Under the pieces are notes generated by a model. That model did no database searches. It was not told where the DNA came from and saw only the letters and a program-made list of their open reading frames with translations. A stretch of DNA of 64,000 nucleotides, from the NCBI GenBank assembly GCA_046761065.1, contig JBHIFL010000001.1, positions 111,026 to 175,025 on the forward strand, written 5' to 3'. Positions 1 to 10,314 of this stretch are shown piece by piece (positions within the stretch are counted from its first letter, which is position 1; each line of letters starts with the position of its first letter). The DNA comes from Candidatus Heimdallarchaeota archaeon. GTDB taxonomy: Archaea; Asgardarchaeota; Wukongarchaeia; Wukongarchaeales; JBHIFL01. A program made the position numbers and the translations under genes.

Positions 1-1
1 C

Positions 2-493
2 CAAGGGAGTTGGGAGAATCAGTGGATCCCTCATGAACATGATGTCATCTTTACTGATCCAAAATTAGCTATGGCCTGTGGAAATTTATGTCCCTGTGGC
101 CAAAAGTTAACTATTGGTGTTTTACAACGGGTTGAAGAATTAGCAGACCGTGAAATGGGTTATATCCCTCTGAATATAATTCCATTCAAAACTGTGATTC
201 CTCTTATGGAGATTATCTCAAAGACAACTCATGCAGGACTGTTTTCAAAACTTTTATGGGATAAATATGTAAGATTGACCCGAACGTTCGGAAATGAGCT
301 TAATGTCTTATTGTCAGTCCCATATGAATCACTCCGAGTCACAGCGGGCAACAAGCTAAGTGAAGCGATCCTTAGAGTCCGAGAAGGGCGTATTACCATC
401 TCTCCTGGGTTCGATGGAGTGTATGGTACACTCAATATTCTTTCTAATACAGAACTCGCACAAGACTCAAAAAAATCGAGTCAAAAGAGCTAG
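2..493 (+). CDS. Endonuclease Q family (PHP-domain) protein, C-terminal part; 5'-truncated by the window edge
   Basis: The frame is open from base 2. It carries CPCGQKLTIGVLQRVEELADR, FGNELNVLL and ISPGFDGVYG, motifs typical of the EndoQ/TIGR00375 C-terminus. Confidence 0.8.
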   Translation, partial: QGSWENQWIPHEHDVIFTDPKLAMACGNLCPCGQKLTIGVLQRVEELADREMGYIPLNIIPFKTVIPLMEIISKTTHAGLFSKLLWDKYVRLTRTFGNELNVLLSVPYESLRVTAGNKLSEAILRVREGRITISPGFDGVYGTLNILSNTELAQDSKKSSQKS

Positions 494-593
494 TATTCAC
501 TTCATACATAAGAATTAAGTCGGAAGAAACAAAACATGATAGATGATTTAGTGTTCTTATTGAACCGCAAGACCATTTCCTGTCTATTGTATA

Positions 594-2111
594 TTATTTA
601 CTTGGACTTCGAAAATCCTTGAAATAATGATCTTCAGTCATACCGGTGATTCTTTTAAAATATTGGTCTGGCTCGATCCCTGCTATTATCATTGCTAGTT
701 CTTTTTTCTTGTCAATGCCACTTCGTCTTGTGATCATGATTTTCTGAGCTGCCGGTGAACCAGCTCCATGTAATGCTTCAGGTAATCCTGCTCCAATCGC
801 CATATTCTCAATAAGCCGGAACATCCGAATCTTATCCTCGGTCCGAACTCCTTCTTTGGCACCTAAGGCCCACTCCATATATTTCCCGACATTAAGATTC
901 TTGTAGTCCTGTTCAGATGGGAGGGTGATAATGAGCCCGCCTGCGACATCCTGTGCAAGACGCATCCACTCATAGGTTGACCTTGTGATATTCAACTTCA
1001 CAACGTTGGCTAGCAATGGATGTGGGACGTAAGCGCCGGATGGGGTCTGGTAACCTTCATAGGAGCATGCTAACGAGCACGACCAGCAGGTTTCTGCAAG
1101 ATGTACCATTTCCGCAATCGTATTACGAATATTTGATGCCTTCTCGACGCCATGCGCCTCAGCGATCCATTGTGCCGCACCTGTCACCACATCGGCCAAA
1201 CCCACTTTACATCCTCCGTAGTTCTGCCGATGATAGCCAGCAAATGTCTCTACGAGCTCTGTGGAGAAGTCGGCCTCACCACACATGAAGACACGATCCC
1301 AAGGAATGAAGACATCGTCAAAGATAATAAGGGCTTCCCCGCCAACGATACCGTACTTAGCATTCCCAGCATCAACTTCACACTCGAGCCGTCTTGTATC
1401 ATTTGTTTGGCGCCCAAAGATCAAGGTTACCCCCTCCGTGTCAATAGGAACCGCATAAGAGATGGCAAAATCCTTGTCATCTGGGCCCATGGTGCGGGTC
1501 GGCATGGCGATGATTTCATGGGAATTGACTGTACCGGTGATGTGGGCTTTTGCACCACGAACGATGATCCCATCCTCTCGTTTTTCGGTTACATGGACGT
1601 AGACGTCTGGGTTTGGCTGCTGATGTGGGCGAAGACTACGATCCCCCTTCGTATCGGACATCGCGCCTGCAGGCATTAAATCGTTCGTTTGCACGTATTT
1701 CACATATTCTTTAACCCGCTCATGATAATTGGTACTCCCAGATTTACGATCAATGTCATAGGAGACGACATAAAGTGCGTTCAGGGCATCAAGCCCTACG
1801 CAACGTTGCCAACAGGTCCCAGTTTTCTGACCAAGCAGCCGCATCATTCGAACTTTATTCACGAGATCTTGGTGTGATTGATGGATGTGAACGAACCGGT
1901 TTACCCGCTCTTCGGTTAGGTGGCTGACTGCCGTCATAATAGTTTGGTATTCTGGTTCATGGGCCAACTCGTAGGTCATCGCGGCAGCATTCACATGAGG
2001 TTTGAAAAGCGGAAAATCCACAACACTCTCAACCCGCTCCCCTAAAGCGTAAACTTTAGGATTCAGTTTACGTAAGCTCTCGGTATATTCTTTCCCAGTC
2101 ATTAGCATCAA
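594..2111 (-). CDS. abfD: 4-hydroxybutyryl-CoA dehydratase (AbfD / 4-hydroxyphenylacetate 3-hydroxylase superfamily)
   Basis: Fe-S ligand motifs GTCWQRCVG and HRQNYGGCK are present, with DTKGDRS, GAKAHITG and LHGAGSPAAQ. Confidence 0.85.
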   Translation of the reverse strand: MMLMTGKEYTESLRKLNPKVYALGERVESVVDFPLFKPHVNAAAMTYELAHEPEYQTIMTAVSHLTEERVNRFVHIHQSHQDLVNKVRMMRLLGQKTGTCWQRCVGLDALNALYVVSYDIDRKSGSTNYHERVKEYVKYVQTNDLMPAGAMSDTKGDRSLRPHQQPNPDVYVHVTEKREDGIIVRGAKAHITGTVNSHEIIAMPTRTMGPDDKDFAISYAVPIDTEGVTLIFGRQTNDTRRLECEVDAGNAKYGIVGGEALIIFDDVFIPWDRVFMCGEADFSTELVETFAGYHRQNYGGCKVGLADVVTGAAQWIAEAHGVEKASNIRNTIAEMVHLAETCWSCSLACSYEGYQTPSGAYVPHPLLANVVKLNITRSTYEWMRLAQDVAGGLIITLPSEQDYKNLNVGKYMEWALGAKEGVRTEDKIRMFRLIENMAIGAGLPEALHGAGSPAAQKIMITRRSGIDKKKELAMIIAGIEPDQYFKRITGMTEDHYFKDFRSPSK

Positions 2112-2381
2112 AGGACACCATAGTCCTTATGAGAGGATGATAGCTTAAAGCTTCTGCTTTGAGGAAGACTTAAATAGGAATAAACGGATGTAGAACTTAT
2201 AAATGACTTAAAAAGGCGAGAAAAAAGCACTTAAGGGTCGGAATAATACACAATAACGCTGTTGGTCGAATCGGAACCATTGCTCAAGTTACAGAAGAGC
2301 TCTTAATGAAAAACTTAAAGAGTGTTAACAAAGGGTAATTCCTAGATAGAACAATAACACCACCGAATACAGGAGATAAGC

Positions 2382-2753
2382 ATGAACGAGAAAGAACCTG
2401 AATTACAACCAGCTTTGAAGATCAAAATTTCGTCGCTACCAGATCTTCTTCGTATGATTGCCTCGACTGCACTCCCAGAACAGTCGCCCACCTTATTGTC
2501 ATTTCAGGTAGGCTCAAACAAATGGATTCTTGCGTCTTTAATACTATTACCCGCGTGGTATCAGTTAAGAAGCCTCCCAATCCTTGTCTATATAGAGCGA
2601 GAGGAACCTCCTGAGGGACCGTTCTTTCGATATAGAGCCACTGAAAAAGAAGAGGAAGAAATCGGGTTCTGTCACTCTACGAAAGACTCAAGCTATGGCT
2701 ATATACCGATCATCCACCTCGCGGAAGTCCCTGAGGTTTTCTGGATCGAATAA
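2382..2753 (+). CDS. Conserved archaeal hypothetical protein ('cren protein'-like)
   Basis: 123 aa ORF with an AGGAGA ribosome-binding site. IKISSLPDLLRMIAS...IPIIHL resembles a small TACK/Asgard family. Confidence 0.55.
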   Translation: MNEKEPELQPALKIKISSLPDLLRMIASTALPEQSPTLLSFQVGSNKWILASLILLPAWYQLRSLPILVYIEREEPPEGPFFRYRATEKEEEEIGFCHSTKDSSYGYIPIIHLAEVPEVFWIE

Positions 2754-2805
2754 GTTGCGATAAGAGGACTAAGATCGTTTTTAGTTAACGTAGGGACTCA
2801 GAAAC

Positions 2806-3798
2806 CTAGTAATTGGACTGATCTGCGGCATGCCAGCTCCGAAAGAGGATTAGGAGGAACAATAAGGCATTCAATGTGACCAAACTACTTTTTTCAAAAT
2901 TGCTACGCCGAAGCAGTTCGAGAAGGATGAAGGGTAGAACAAGCAAAAGACTCACGAGATTCGTCCCAGAAAAAAATCTTTGTCCCAAGCCTTTTACTGT
3001 CCGAATTAGAAAAGTCAGAATTCCAAAACCCAATCCCAAACCTTGAAAAAGCCGCAAATAGAAAGGAATCTGCCAATCGCCTTGGATGAAGAGAGCTTCA
3101 GTGCCAATAAAGATCCCCAAAGAAATAATGGTTATAAAATTCGTAGGAATCTCGACATAGCGGTCTATTTGCGCGGCCCCCTCATAGATCAAGTAGAGAA
3201 ATCCACCAATAGCTGCCGCGGAGGCTAAATTTACGCCTGAGGTGTAGATTTTGTCAATATTATTTAACCAAAGGGTACCAAGATAGGTCAGCAAAGTCCT
3301 TAGAAACGCCCGATAGGATACGATTAGGAGGAGGGGAATTGGAGACAACAAAAGTGTAAGAAACACCCGAAGTTTCGGTGTCGCTTTTTCTTCCATTTCC
3401 TCTTCATGGGACTTAAAGAGGAGGCTATAAAGGAACCAGCCGGAGAAGATGGCGAGGAAAGAGGAGAAGAGTGGAAGGATAAAAAAACAAAGGGCCAATA
3501 CAAAGTTAAATGTATAAAAAATACGAATGACTGTGGGCATTCGAGCGATGGTTTCCCCAGCGAAGCTGTACGTGTCAGCTAAGCGATACCGGTGAATAAT
3601 AGTGAAAGCAAACCATGGAAAGAGTAAAAAAAGTGGTCCAATAACTTTTGCAATGAGTATTTCTATAGTAGGATTTGAAACAAGAACAATATCCAGATCT
3701 GGAAGGGCAACCCAAAATAAGCCAAAAAAATAGACCGGTAATAATATGGCTTGGAGTAAAACGATCAGTCGACCAATGAGCAATTCCATGCGTTCCAA
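2806..3798 (-). CDS. Polytopic membrane protein, unknown function
   Basis: 330 aa with about 9-10 hydrophobic segments, downstream of and co-oriented with the ABC genes. Confidence 0.7.
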   Translation of the reverse strand: MERMELLIGRLIVLLQAILLPVYFFGLFWVALPDLDIVLVSNPTIEILIAKVIGPLFLLFPWFAFTIIHRYRLADTYSFAGETIARMPTVIRIFYTFNFVLALCFFILPLFSSFLAIFSGWFLYSLLFKSHEEEMEEKATPKLRVFLTLLLSPIPLLLIVSYRAFLRTLLTYLGTLWLNNIDKIYTSGVNLASAAAIGGFLYLIYEGAAQIDRYVEIPTNFITIISLGIFIGTEALFIQGDWQIPFYLRLFQGLGLGFGILTFLIRTVKGLGQRFFSGTNLVSLLLVLPFILLELLRRSNFEKSSLVTLNALLFLLILFRSWHAADQSNY

Positions 3799-3890
3799 AT
3801 TTATCCCTCAACTAGTAAATCTAAACTCTCCTATAAAAAAAGAGAGGAATCATTTGAATTACTAGTTGGTGGAAATCAATTGTTCTATTT

Positions 3891-4595
3891 TTAGCTTATG
3901 CTAGTGATTGAGCCATCCTTCATATATGCAACCCGATCAGCATAGTTCTTAGGCCATTCTTCATTATGAGTTACGACTACTAAGGTGGTTTTCTTTTCTT
4001 CTTGGAGCCTTTTTAGAAGTTTGAAAATTTCATTCCCGATTTTCGAGTCAAGGTTGCCGGTCGGTTCATCCGCAAAAACCACCTTTGGGTTATTGATCAG
4101 TGCACGAGCAATTGCGGCCCTTTGCTGTTCCCCTCCTGAGAGATGGGTAGGCCGATGGTCCTTGCGTGACAATAAATCAACGGCTCGAAGGAGTTCAATG
4201 GCTCGATCTTCGCGTTCTTTAGCTTTGATGCTGCTAACCGGCCATAATGGGGCTTCGACGTTTTCAATAGCCGTAAGATCGTCTAATAAATTATAGTCTT
4301 GAAAAATAAAACCGAGCTTTTCGCGTCTCATCTTGGGAAAATCCCGTTCAGTTACTTGGGCAGTATCCATTCCATCAAAGATGACACGCCCACTAGAGGG
4401 TTGATCAAGGCCACTAAGCACATTAAGGAGTGAGGTTTTGCCACAACCACTAGGACCGACTATAAAAAACATCTCGCCATTCTTGATTTCGAGAGACACG
4501 TTTTTGACTGCTTGGATTACGGTTCGCCCTTTTCGGTATTCCTTATAAACTTCTTTCGCAACGATTATCGAATCTAACGACATCTTACTCACCAC
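3891..4595 (-). CDS. ABC transporter ATP-binding protein (LolD/MacB-like)
   Basis: Walker A GPSGCGKT, signature LSGGEQQR, Walker B VFADEPTGNLD, H-loop VVTH. Confidence 0.95.
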   Translation of the reverse strand: MVSKMSLDSIIVAKEVYKEYRKGRTVIQAVKNVSLEIKNGEMFFIVGPSGCGKTSLLNVLSGLDQPSSGRVIFDGMDTAQVTERDFPKMRREKLGFIFQDYNLLDDLTAIENVEAPLWPVSSIKAKEREDRAIELLRAVDLLSRKDHRPTHLSGGEQQRAAIARALINNPKVVFADEPTGNLDSKIGNEIFKLLKRLQEEKKTTLVVVTHNEEWPKNYADRVAYMKDGSITSIS

Positions 4596-4603
4596 ACATG
4601 TTG

Positions 4604-5146
4604 TTAGAGCGCCTGCATGGCGATCATCGGTTTAACCCGTAGGGCACGGTTATTGGCAAGAAGAACTCCAGGAAGCTGGAGCAAGATGATGATAATGAAC
4701 GTATTAATCATGATATCCCGAGTAAAGTAAAGGTTTTTCACAAGGACAGCTTGAGCCAATGCTTCAGGATCTTCCAAGCCGAAGATGTAGTAACTCATGC
4801 CCAACAGATGGATATCAAGTTCAATCAACAAAAAGAATCCTACAAAGGATAAAAAGAGAATTTCGCCCACAATACGGGTCCATACGTTGCGATTTGACCA
4901 GCCTATAGCCTTCAAGGTGGCAATTTCCTTCTTTCGGAAGGTAGTGAGGATGAGACCATACATAGTCGATAATATCATGCCCCCACACACAGTAACCAGC
5001 AAAAGCACATAATTTCCTGGGTCTTTTTCGAGTTGCTTGAAAGAGGTCGCTATAGAGAGAGCAAGCATCGAATACACGATAATAAACCCAAAGAAACGTC
5101 GTTTATTACGAGTTGCAATACGCCAAGATTTGAAGAAGATTCCCAA
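4604..5146 (-). CDS. FtsX-like ABC permease (minimal, about 4 TM)
   Basis: RKKEIATLKAIGWS and the C-terminal RALRVKPMIAM are FtsX-family motifs; the gene is adjacent to the ATPase. Confidence 0.85.
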   Translation of the reverse strand: MGIFFKSWRIATRNKRRFFGFIIVYSMLALSIATSFKQLEKDPGNYVLLLVTVCGGMILSTMYGLILTTFRKKEIATLKAIGWSNRNVWTRIVGEILFLSFVGFFLLIELDIHLLGMSYYIFGLEDPEALAQAVLVKNLYFTRDIMINTFIIIILLQLPGVLLANNRALRVKPMIAMQAL

Positions 5147-5392
5147 AATAACCTCCTCCGCATTCTAGATATCTTGTAATTCTCTTTTAAAAAAGGTTCC
5201 TTAAATACGTTTCAGATTTATCAACAACCCCATACGAGGAATGCAATTAAATATGATGAATAGAGAAGAGTTCCCATCACAAGAAAAGGGTAGCTTAAAA
5301 GTACCCAGCGGTACCACTCACGTGTTATCAGCGCTTATATCTTTTTATACAAGAATTGCAATTTATCAATAACACATTTGTGGGACTACAGC

Positions 5393-5998
5393 ATGCTCCA
5401 TAGTGTGTATGTATATGGTCAAGATGGGAACTGTATTTATGTAAAGAATTTTAGTGAGGAAAAAATCGACAAGGATCTACTAACGGGATTTTTTTCAGCC
5501 CTTCACATGTTTAGCTCCCAATTTGGGGAAAAATTAGAATTCATTCAAACTGACAAACGCACCTTTGTGTATGATCAGGCTGCCGGCCTCATTTTTGTTG
5601 CATGTGTAGCTAATAATGCAGACATACGAGCAGTCAGAAATCGGTTAATAGAGCTTAAGGACTCTGTCTTGCAGCGTATACGCAGGGGCCGTCAGGTATG
5701 GGGCAGAGAAGCTAGGACCATTAATGGAACTATTCATGATTCGCTCATCAAAAAGATCATGGAACCTCAGAGTATCCCCCTCAAGCCATCAGCTAAAGAA
5801 AAATACAAACCCGTTGCTCGACCGGTGTATGGGGCTTTACACACCACAGAAAATAGCGCCCTTTCCTATTTGTTTTTCAAAGGTGTCGCTTCACTTCATG
5901 ATTTGATTGAGTATCTCCATTGTTCTGAGGAAGAAGCAACTTCCATTATCCAAAGCTTGCGGCAAAAAAAACTTGTAGAACCGGCCTATAAGGGTTAG
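5393..5998 (+). CDS. Longin/roadblock-like domain protein with C-terminal winged helix
   Basis: The N-terminus MLHSVYVYGQDGNCIY...DLLTGFFSALHMFS follows the Asgard longin-like pattern. The C-terminus ASLHDLIEYLHCSEEEATSIIQSLRQKKLV is wHTH-like. ATG 5393 is preferred over the ORF-track start at 5378. Confidence 0.7.
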   Translation: MLHSVYVYGQDGNCIYVKNFSEEKIDKDLLTGFFSALHMFSSQFGEKLEFIQTDKRTFVYDQAAGLIFVACVANNADIRAVRNRLIELKDSVLQRIRRGRQVWGREARTINGTIHDSLIKKIMEPQSIPLKPSAKEKYKPVARPVYGALHTTENSALSYLFFKGVASLHDLIEYLHCSEEEATSIIQSLRQKKLVEPAYKG

Positions 5999-6238
5999 AA
6001 CCCAGGTTGTTATACGTGGCTACATTACAGAATCGATCTCTCTATTTTTGACTCATTTCCACACTCCTCTGCTATTTTAAATGAGGTGATGTCTAAATAA
6101 GTTAAAAGGTAAACCTCACGCTTCATTTTAACATTTATGGCTTCTAATGAAATGAAAATACAACAAAAATTAAACAAGGAAATATTCTTTCCTATTGAGA
6201 GTTTGTTCAGAGTTCAGGCTTAGGAACACCAACTAACT

Positions 6239-8026
6239 ATGACGAATAAAAGGGTGATTGTTTTGAATGAAGAACTGCGCGAAATGTATCTTATGGCGTT
6301 GAAAGAAAACCCTACGGTTTTTGATAGATTTGTATCTAGAGGCGATGTACGAGATCCGGTGGATATCTCCAATCCCCGAATCGAAGCTGAAAGGATCACT
6401 TCTCGCGCGATTCGCTCAGTCTCCTATGATCGAACCCCAAGATATGTGCCGATCGTGGGAACTGCAGGGTCAGGAAAAACCCATTTTTATTGGGTGTTAA
6501 AAGATAAACAAATTGACCTACCAGACGTTGACTATGAGACGGTTTATGTTCCGAGCCCTCCTGCACCTGTGAGGATGCTTTTACATATTTACATATGTGT
6601 GATGGATGAAATTGGTTTAGATATCTTAAAAACCGTTTCAGAACGTCTTGTAACGGCATATGGAGGGAAAAAAAAACGTTTCAAATTGTTTGGACCTGAA
6701 ATGGAGGAGATCATTGGAAGGGCGATACGTTGGTATCCAGGTGTTAGTGCAGATGTAGTTCGAGCGCTGATCATGTATCAAATGGCTCCAAAAGAAATAA
6801 AAACGATTGCAGAGTGGTGGCTTCTTGGAGAAACGCTTAGTGAGGAAGAGATGGAAATTTTAGGAGTGTCTCATATAATAGAAGAGGATGATATGTGTCT
6901 TGCCACCCTTAAATTATTAGCCGAGAACATTGATCAGCCGATCATCCTTTATTTTGATGAGCTTGAAATCCCATATCGAACATTTGGTGATGAAGCTGAA
7001 ATCCGACTTTTTGAAACCATTAAACGCCTTTACAACGAGGTACGGTCCATAATAGTTGTCACCGCCTGTTTATCCGATGTATGGGAGCGCATCCTTGATC
7101 TCGCAGATCCTGCGACGAAAACACGGATGGAACAAACTGCAAATCTAGTTCCCTTCGCCGTAGAAGACATTAAACAATTCTATATCGCGGCGCAGCAGGT
7201 TTTTTGGGATGCTCAAAATTTAAATCCCCCCGAAGATCTCTTTTTCCCCTTAGAGGAAGACATTTTCCCACAAATCCACAAGGCATCTGAGGGAAATCCC
7301 CGAGAAGCGATACGACTAATTCGTGATGCATTGGATAGTATATTATTTGAAAGACCATTGCCACCTTCACTTATTAGTACAGAAGTTGTTCCTAAACTAC
7401 GACCACCGCCTCTCTTTGTAGAAGCAGATATCCCGAAAGCAGAAGCAACCCTAATAAAAAGACCGGAATCGATTCCTGAGGAAGAAATTATCGCAGTGGA
7501 TGTCAACCCAGGCAGTATAGGGGGAAGTGCGATGGCCTCCATATTGACGGTAGCAAAAAACCTTGGGCAAGAAAAACGGATTAAAGTTGAAATGGAGTTT
7601 GTGTTTGAGGCTGCAGGAAAACGACGCAAACTAACTGGAGTGATCAAATCCGGGAGTGAGCCGCCTATAGGAATCGAAGTTCCTTCCTGTAAGACCTTTA
7701 GTCGAAGCGGAGGAGTCGCGGCTTATTATTCAGCAAGACGCCTTAATGAAGCACTGGAGACAAACACCATTGCGAGAGGTTGTCTAATCGTCCCTAAGGG
7801 AACAAGTGGCAATAAATATAACCAAATCGTAAGTTCGATGAGAGAAAAGGCGTTAGTCATCGAACTTTCACAGAATGAAGCTGAAGCCCTTATTCGGAAA
7901 GCTCGGACGCATCCTATCGAACAAATTTTTCCCCTTATCAAATTATTTTTCCCCAAATACGAAAGACTTCCTGAAAAATCCATGCAAGAGACCGAAGAAC
8001 CCTTTAAAACGGTTGGAAACTCGTAA
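6239..8026 (+). CDS. AAA+/P-loop ATPase with uncharacterised C-terminal alpha/beta domain
   Basis: Walker A GTAGSGKT, Walker B ILYFDE, sensor-2-like SEGNPREAIR, then a Pro-rich linker and a ~170 aa C-terminal domain. Confidence 0.8.
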   Translation: MTNKRVIVLNEELREMYLMALKENPTVFDRFVSRGDVRDPVDISNPRIEAERITSRAIRSVSYDRTPRYVPIVGTAGSGKTHFYWVLKDKQIDLPDVDYETVYVPSPPAPVRMLLHIYICVMDEIGLDILKTVSERLVTAYGGKKKRFKLFGPEMEEIIGRAIRWYPGVSADVVRALIMYQMAPKEIKTIAEWWLLGETLSEEEMEILGVSHIIEEDDMCLATLKLLAENIDQPIILYFDELEIPYRTFGDEAEIRLFETIKRLYNEVRSIIVVTACLSDVWERILDLADPATKTRMEQTANLVPFAVEDIKQFYIAAQQVFWDAQNLNPPEDLFFPLEEDIFPQIHKASEGNPREAIRLIRDALDSILFERPLPPSLISTEVVPKLRPPPLFVEADIPKAEATLIKRPESIPEEEIIAVDVNPGSIGGSAMASILTVAKNLGQEKRIKVEMEFVFEAAGKRRKLTGVIKSGSEPPIGIEVPSCKTFSRSGGVAAYYSARRLNEALETNTIARGCLIVPKGTSGNKYNQIVSSMREKALVIELSQNEAEALIRKARTHPIEQIFPLIKLFFPKYERLPEKSMQETEEPFKTVGNS

Positions 8027-8038
8027 TGAGGTGATAAT

Positions 8039-8533
8039 TTGTTAGTAGGTGTCATTGCAGATACTCATGATAACTTGATGAAACTAGACGATGCCTTGAA
8101 AATTTTTAATGAACGAAATGTCACCCTTGTAGTTCATGGCGGTGATATTATTGCTCCCTTCGCTGTCCCCCCGCTAGCACAGCTTAATTGTAAAGTAATC
8201 GCGACATTTGGTAATAATGATGGTGAGCGGGCGGGATTAAGCCGTAAATTTGCGGAAATCAATGGGGTTGTACAAGAACAACCAGTGGTGGAGACCACTG
8301 AAGGAAATGCCATCTGTATTGTTCATGGTGATCATCTGAATCTTCTAAATACCGTTTTAGTATCTGGGCAATTCGACCTTGTTGTATCAGGACACACTCA
8401 TCGACCAAAAACAGAACTTGTGGGTAGAACTCTGCATGTAAATCCGGGGGAGTGCGGCGGGTGGCTGACAGGCCGTTCAACAATTGCTCTTGCAGATCTA
8501 GAAGATAAAACCGCTGAAGTCATTGATATATGA
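8039..8533 (+). CDS. Metallophosphoesterase, YfcE/MJ0936 family
   Basis: Motifs ADTH, HGGD, GNND, HG, GHTH and NPGE; GAGGTGA ribosome-binding site. Confidence 0.92.
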   Translation: MLVGVIADTHDNLMKLDDALKIFNERNVTLVVHGGDIIAPFAVPPLAQLNCKVIATFGNNDGERAGLSRKFAEINGVVQEQPVVETTEGNAICIVHGDHLNLLNTVLVSGQFDLVVSGHTHRPKTELVGRTLHVNPGECGGWLTGRSTIALADLEDKTAEVIDI

Positions 8534-8940
8534 ATAATCAAGGACAATTCGAAGTCAGAACAACCCCCGAAATTCACTGATTTTGTGGAGTTAAATCGAG
8601 TATATTTCAAGATTGACGAGCGATGCGATAATGGGAAAATGTGGCTATTTCAAATTCATTAGATTTTTAGAATTACAACCCAATAAAAGATATTACGAGG
8701 ATAAAGTAGATTGAGACGATCCCAACCAATGTCCAGTTACCTTCTTCTGCATCAAATACGGGATTAATGAGGTAAATAGTTGTTTAAAACCTTTTTTCGA
8801 TAAAAAAAGCTGGTAACCGCTTAGATTACAACATTTGCCTTTATTCAGAAATTTATTTAAGTTATCCCCCCACAAACGGTGCTTTTAATCCTTTTATATG
8901 CTATGATAATATCTTACTTGAAACAAAAGGAGCTAGAATT

Positions 8941-10155
8941 GTGGCTGCAAAAGATGTCCACGTCCTTATAGTGGTCCCGCAAGGAACCCAAAGTAAAAGG
9001 ATCTTAGCTGGATTAATGAAGGTTTTGCCCGTGATCGCAGAACAATTTAACGTGTCTTTTACGATAGATTGTATCTATCGAGACGAATCTCTCCCAGTAG
9101 TTCAGGTTATCAGATCTATTTCAAAAATGCAAAGCTCAAAGGTGCGTATAGGCAAAAGATACTGCCTTAAAGAGCAACCAGAACCTGATGATGCTTATAA
9201 AAACGCATCTCTTGTGGTAGTAGGAACACCAGCAAATACTGAGGCACCATATGTGGTAGAAGCACTCATCAGGTATACTCCTGTGGTTCTTTTAGGAGGA
9301 GCAAGTCGAGAAAAGCTTCCAGACCTAGTTAAATCAGAGATTGTGAAGAAAAACCTCTCGAAGAGGGATTCGGACTATATCTATGAAGAAATCAGAAAAT
9401 GGGTGAAATCCCCCTTTTTCTTTATGCCTATAAGTGGTTCGAGCGGTTTCAAATCCTTATCTGTAGATGTAGATACTTACAAAGAGAACAAAATTATTCA
9501 GACGCTGAGCTGCAATAGTACCGCTTTAGCAATGTTTGCAGAAGTACTCGGAAAATTAGGGTTGAACTATATCAATGGGAATATTATTCGGCGAGGACTT
9601 GATCCCCATGTATCGGGGAAAACACCTCCACCAGGGTCTATCGAGTTTGGATCGTTCGGACACCAAGGTCAGGATGCAATGTCTGTATTAAGAAATATAC
9701 CCATGGAAATAACGGCCTCAAGGTCAGGATCAAACACACGTACACACATTATGCAGCTTGAATGCTTTTTCGAAAAAACAATCTCTATTAGTAAAATAAT
9801 AGCTGAACTCGAAAACACACGTGGCATTTTGGTGATTCCAAGTAAGTATCAAGGCCGAGAATACAAAAATACTGGCATCCAACTCGAACTCGTTGCTGAT
9901 GATGCAGCAGATAACCCTCGACCTTGGAATTCGGTGTTCGAGTTAATAATTTCTGACCAGATCCTTGAACTAGCAATTCCAAATCAACAGGAAAAAGCTT
10001 TTTCATTTTTCCTAACAATTGAGCAACAGTCTATTGCAGTCCCTAATAGCATCTCTGCAATACTTTACCAACTCGGCTTTCGTTGTGATTTTATGAAAAC
10101 GATACATCACGCTTTGGGGGTTTTGACATCACTTAAGCGTACCATTGAAAACTGA
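8941..10155 (+). CDS. Divergent archaeal (type II) GAPDH-like oxidoreductase
   Basis: SCNSTAL (cf. SCNTTGL, catalytic Cys), IIRRGLDP (cf. RRAADP), HQGQDA (cf. HHGPDV) and QQSIAVPNSISAI (cf. QESIVVPENIDAI). The Gly-rich NAD(P) loop is degenerate. Confidence 0.7.
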   Translation: MAAKDVHVLIVVPQGTQSKRILAGLMKVLPVIAEQFNVSFTIDCIYRDESLPVVQVIRSISKMQSSKVRIGKRYCLKEQPEPDDAYKNASLVVVGTPANTEAPYVVEALIRYTPVVLLGGASREKLPDLVKSEIVKKNLSKRDSDYIYEEIRKWVKSPFFFMPISGSSGFKSLSVDVDTYKENKIIQTLSCNSTALAMFAEVLGKLGLNYINGNIIRRGLDPHVSGKTPPPGSIEFGSFGHQGQDAMSVLRNIPMEITASRSGSNTRTHIMQLECFFEKTISISKIIAELENTRGILVIPSKYQGREYKNTGIQLELVADDAADNPRPWNSVFELIISDQILELAIPNQQEKAFSFFLTIEQQSIAVPNSISAILYQLGFRCDFMKTIHHALGVLTSLKRTIEN

Positions 10156-10314
10156 AAAATCACTTACCCTGAGTGATTAAGATAAGTATGAAGAATAACA
10201 GATCATTTAAAAAATACTCTGAAATCGCTGAAATCATATGAACTGATTGGTATTTAAAGCATTTTGATCGAAAATCCTCAGATTGGTGAGATACAAGTAT
10301 ACGGGGGAATATTA

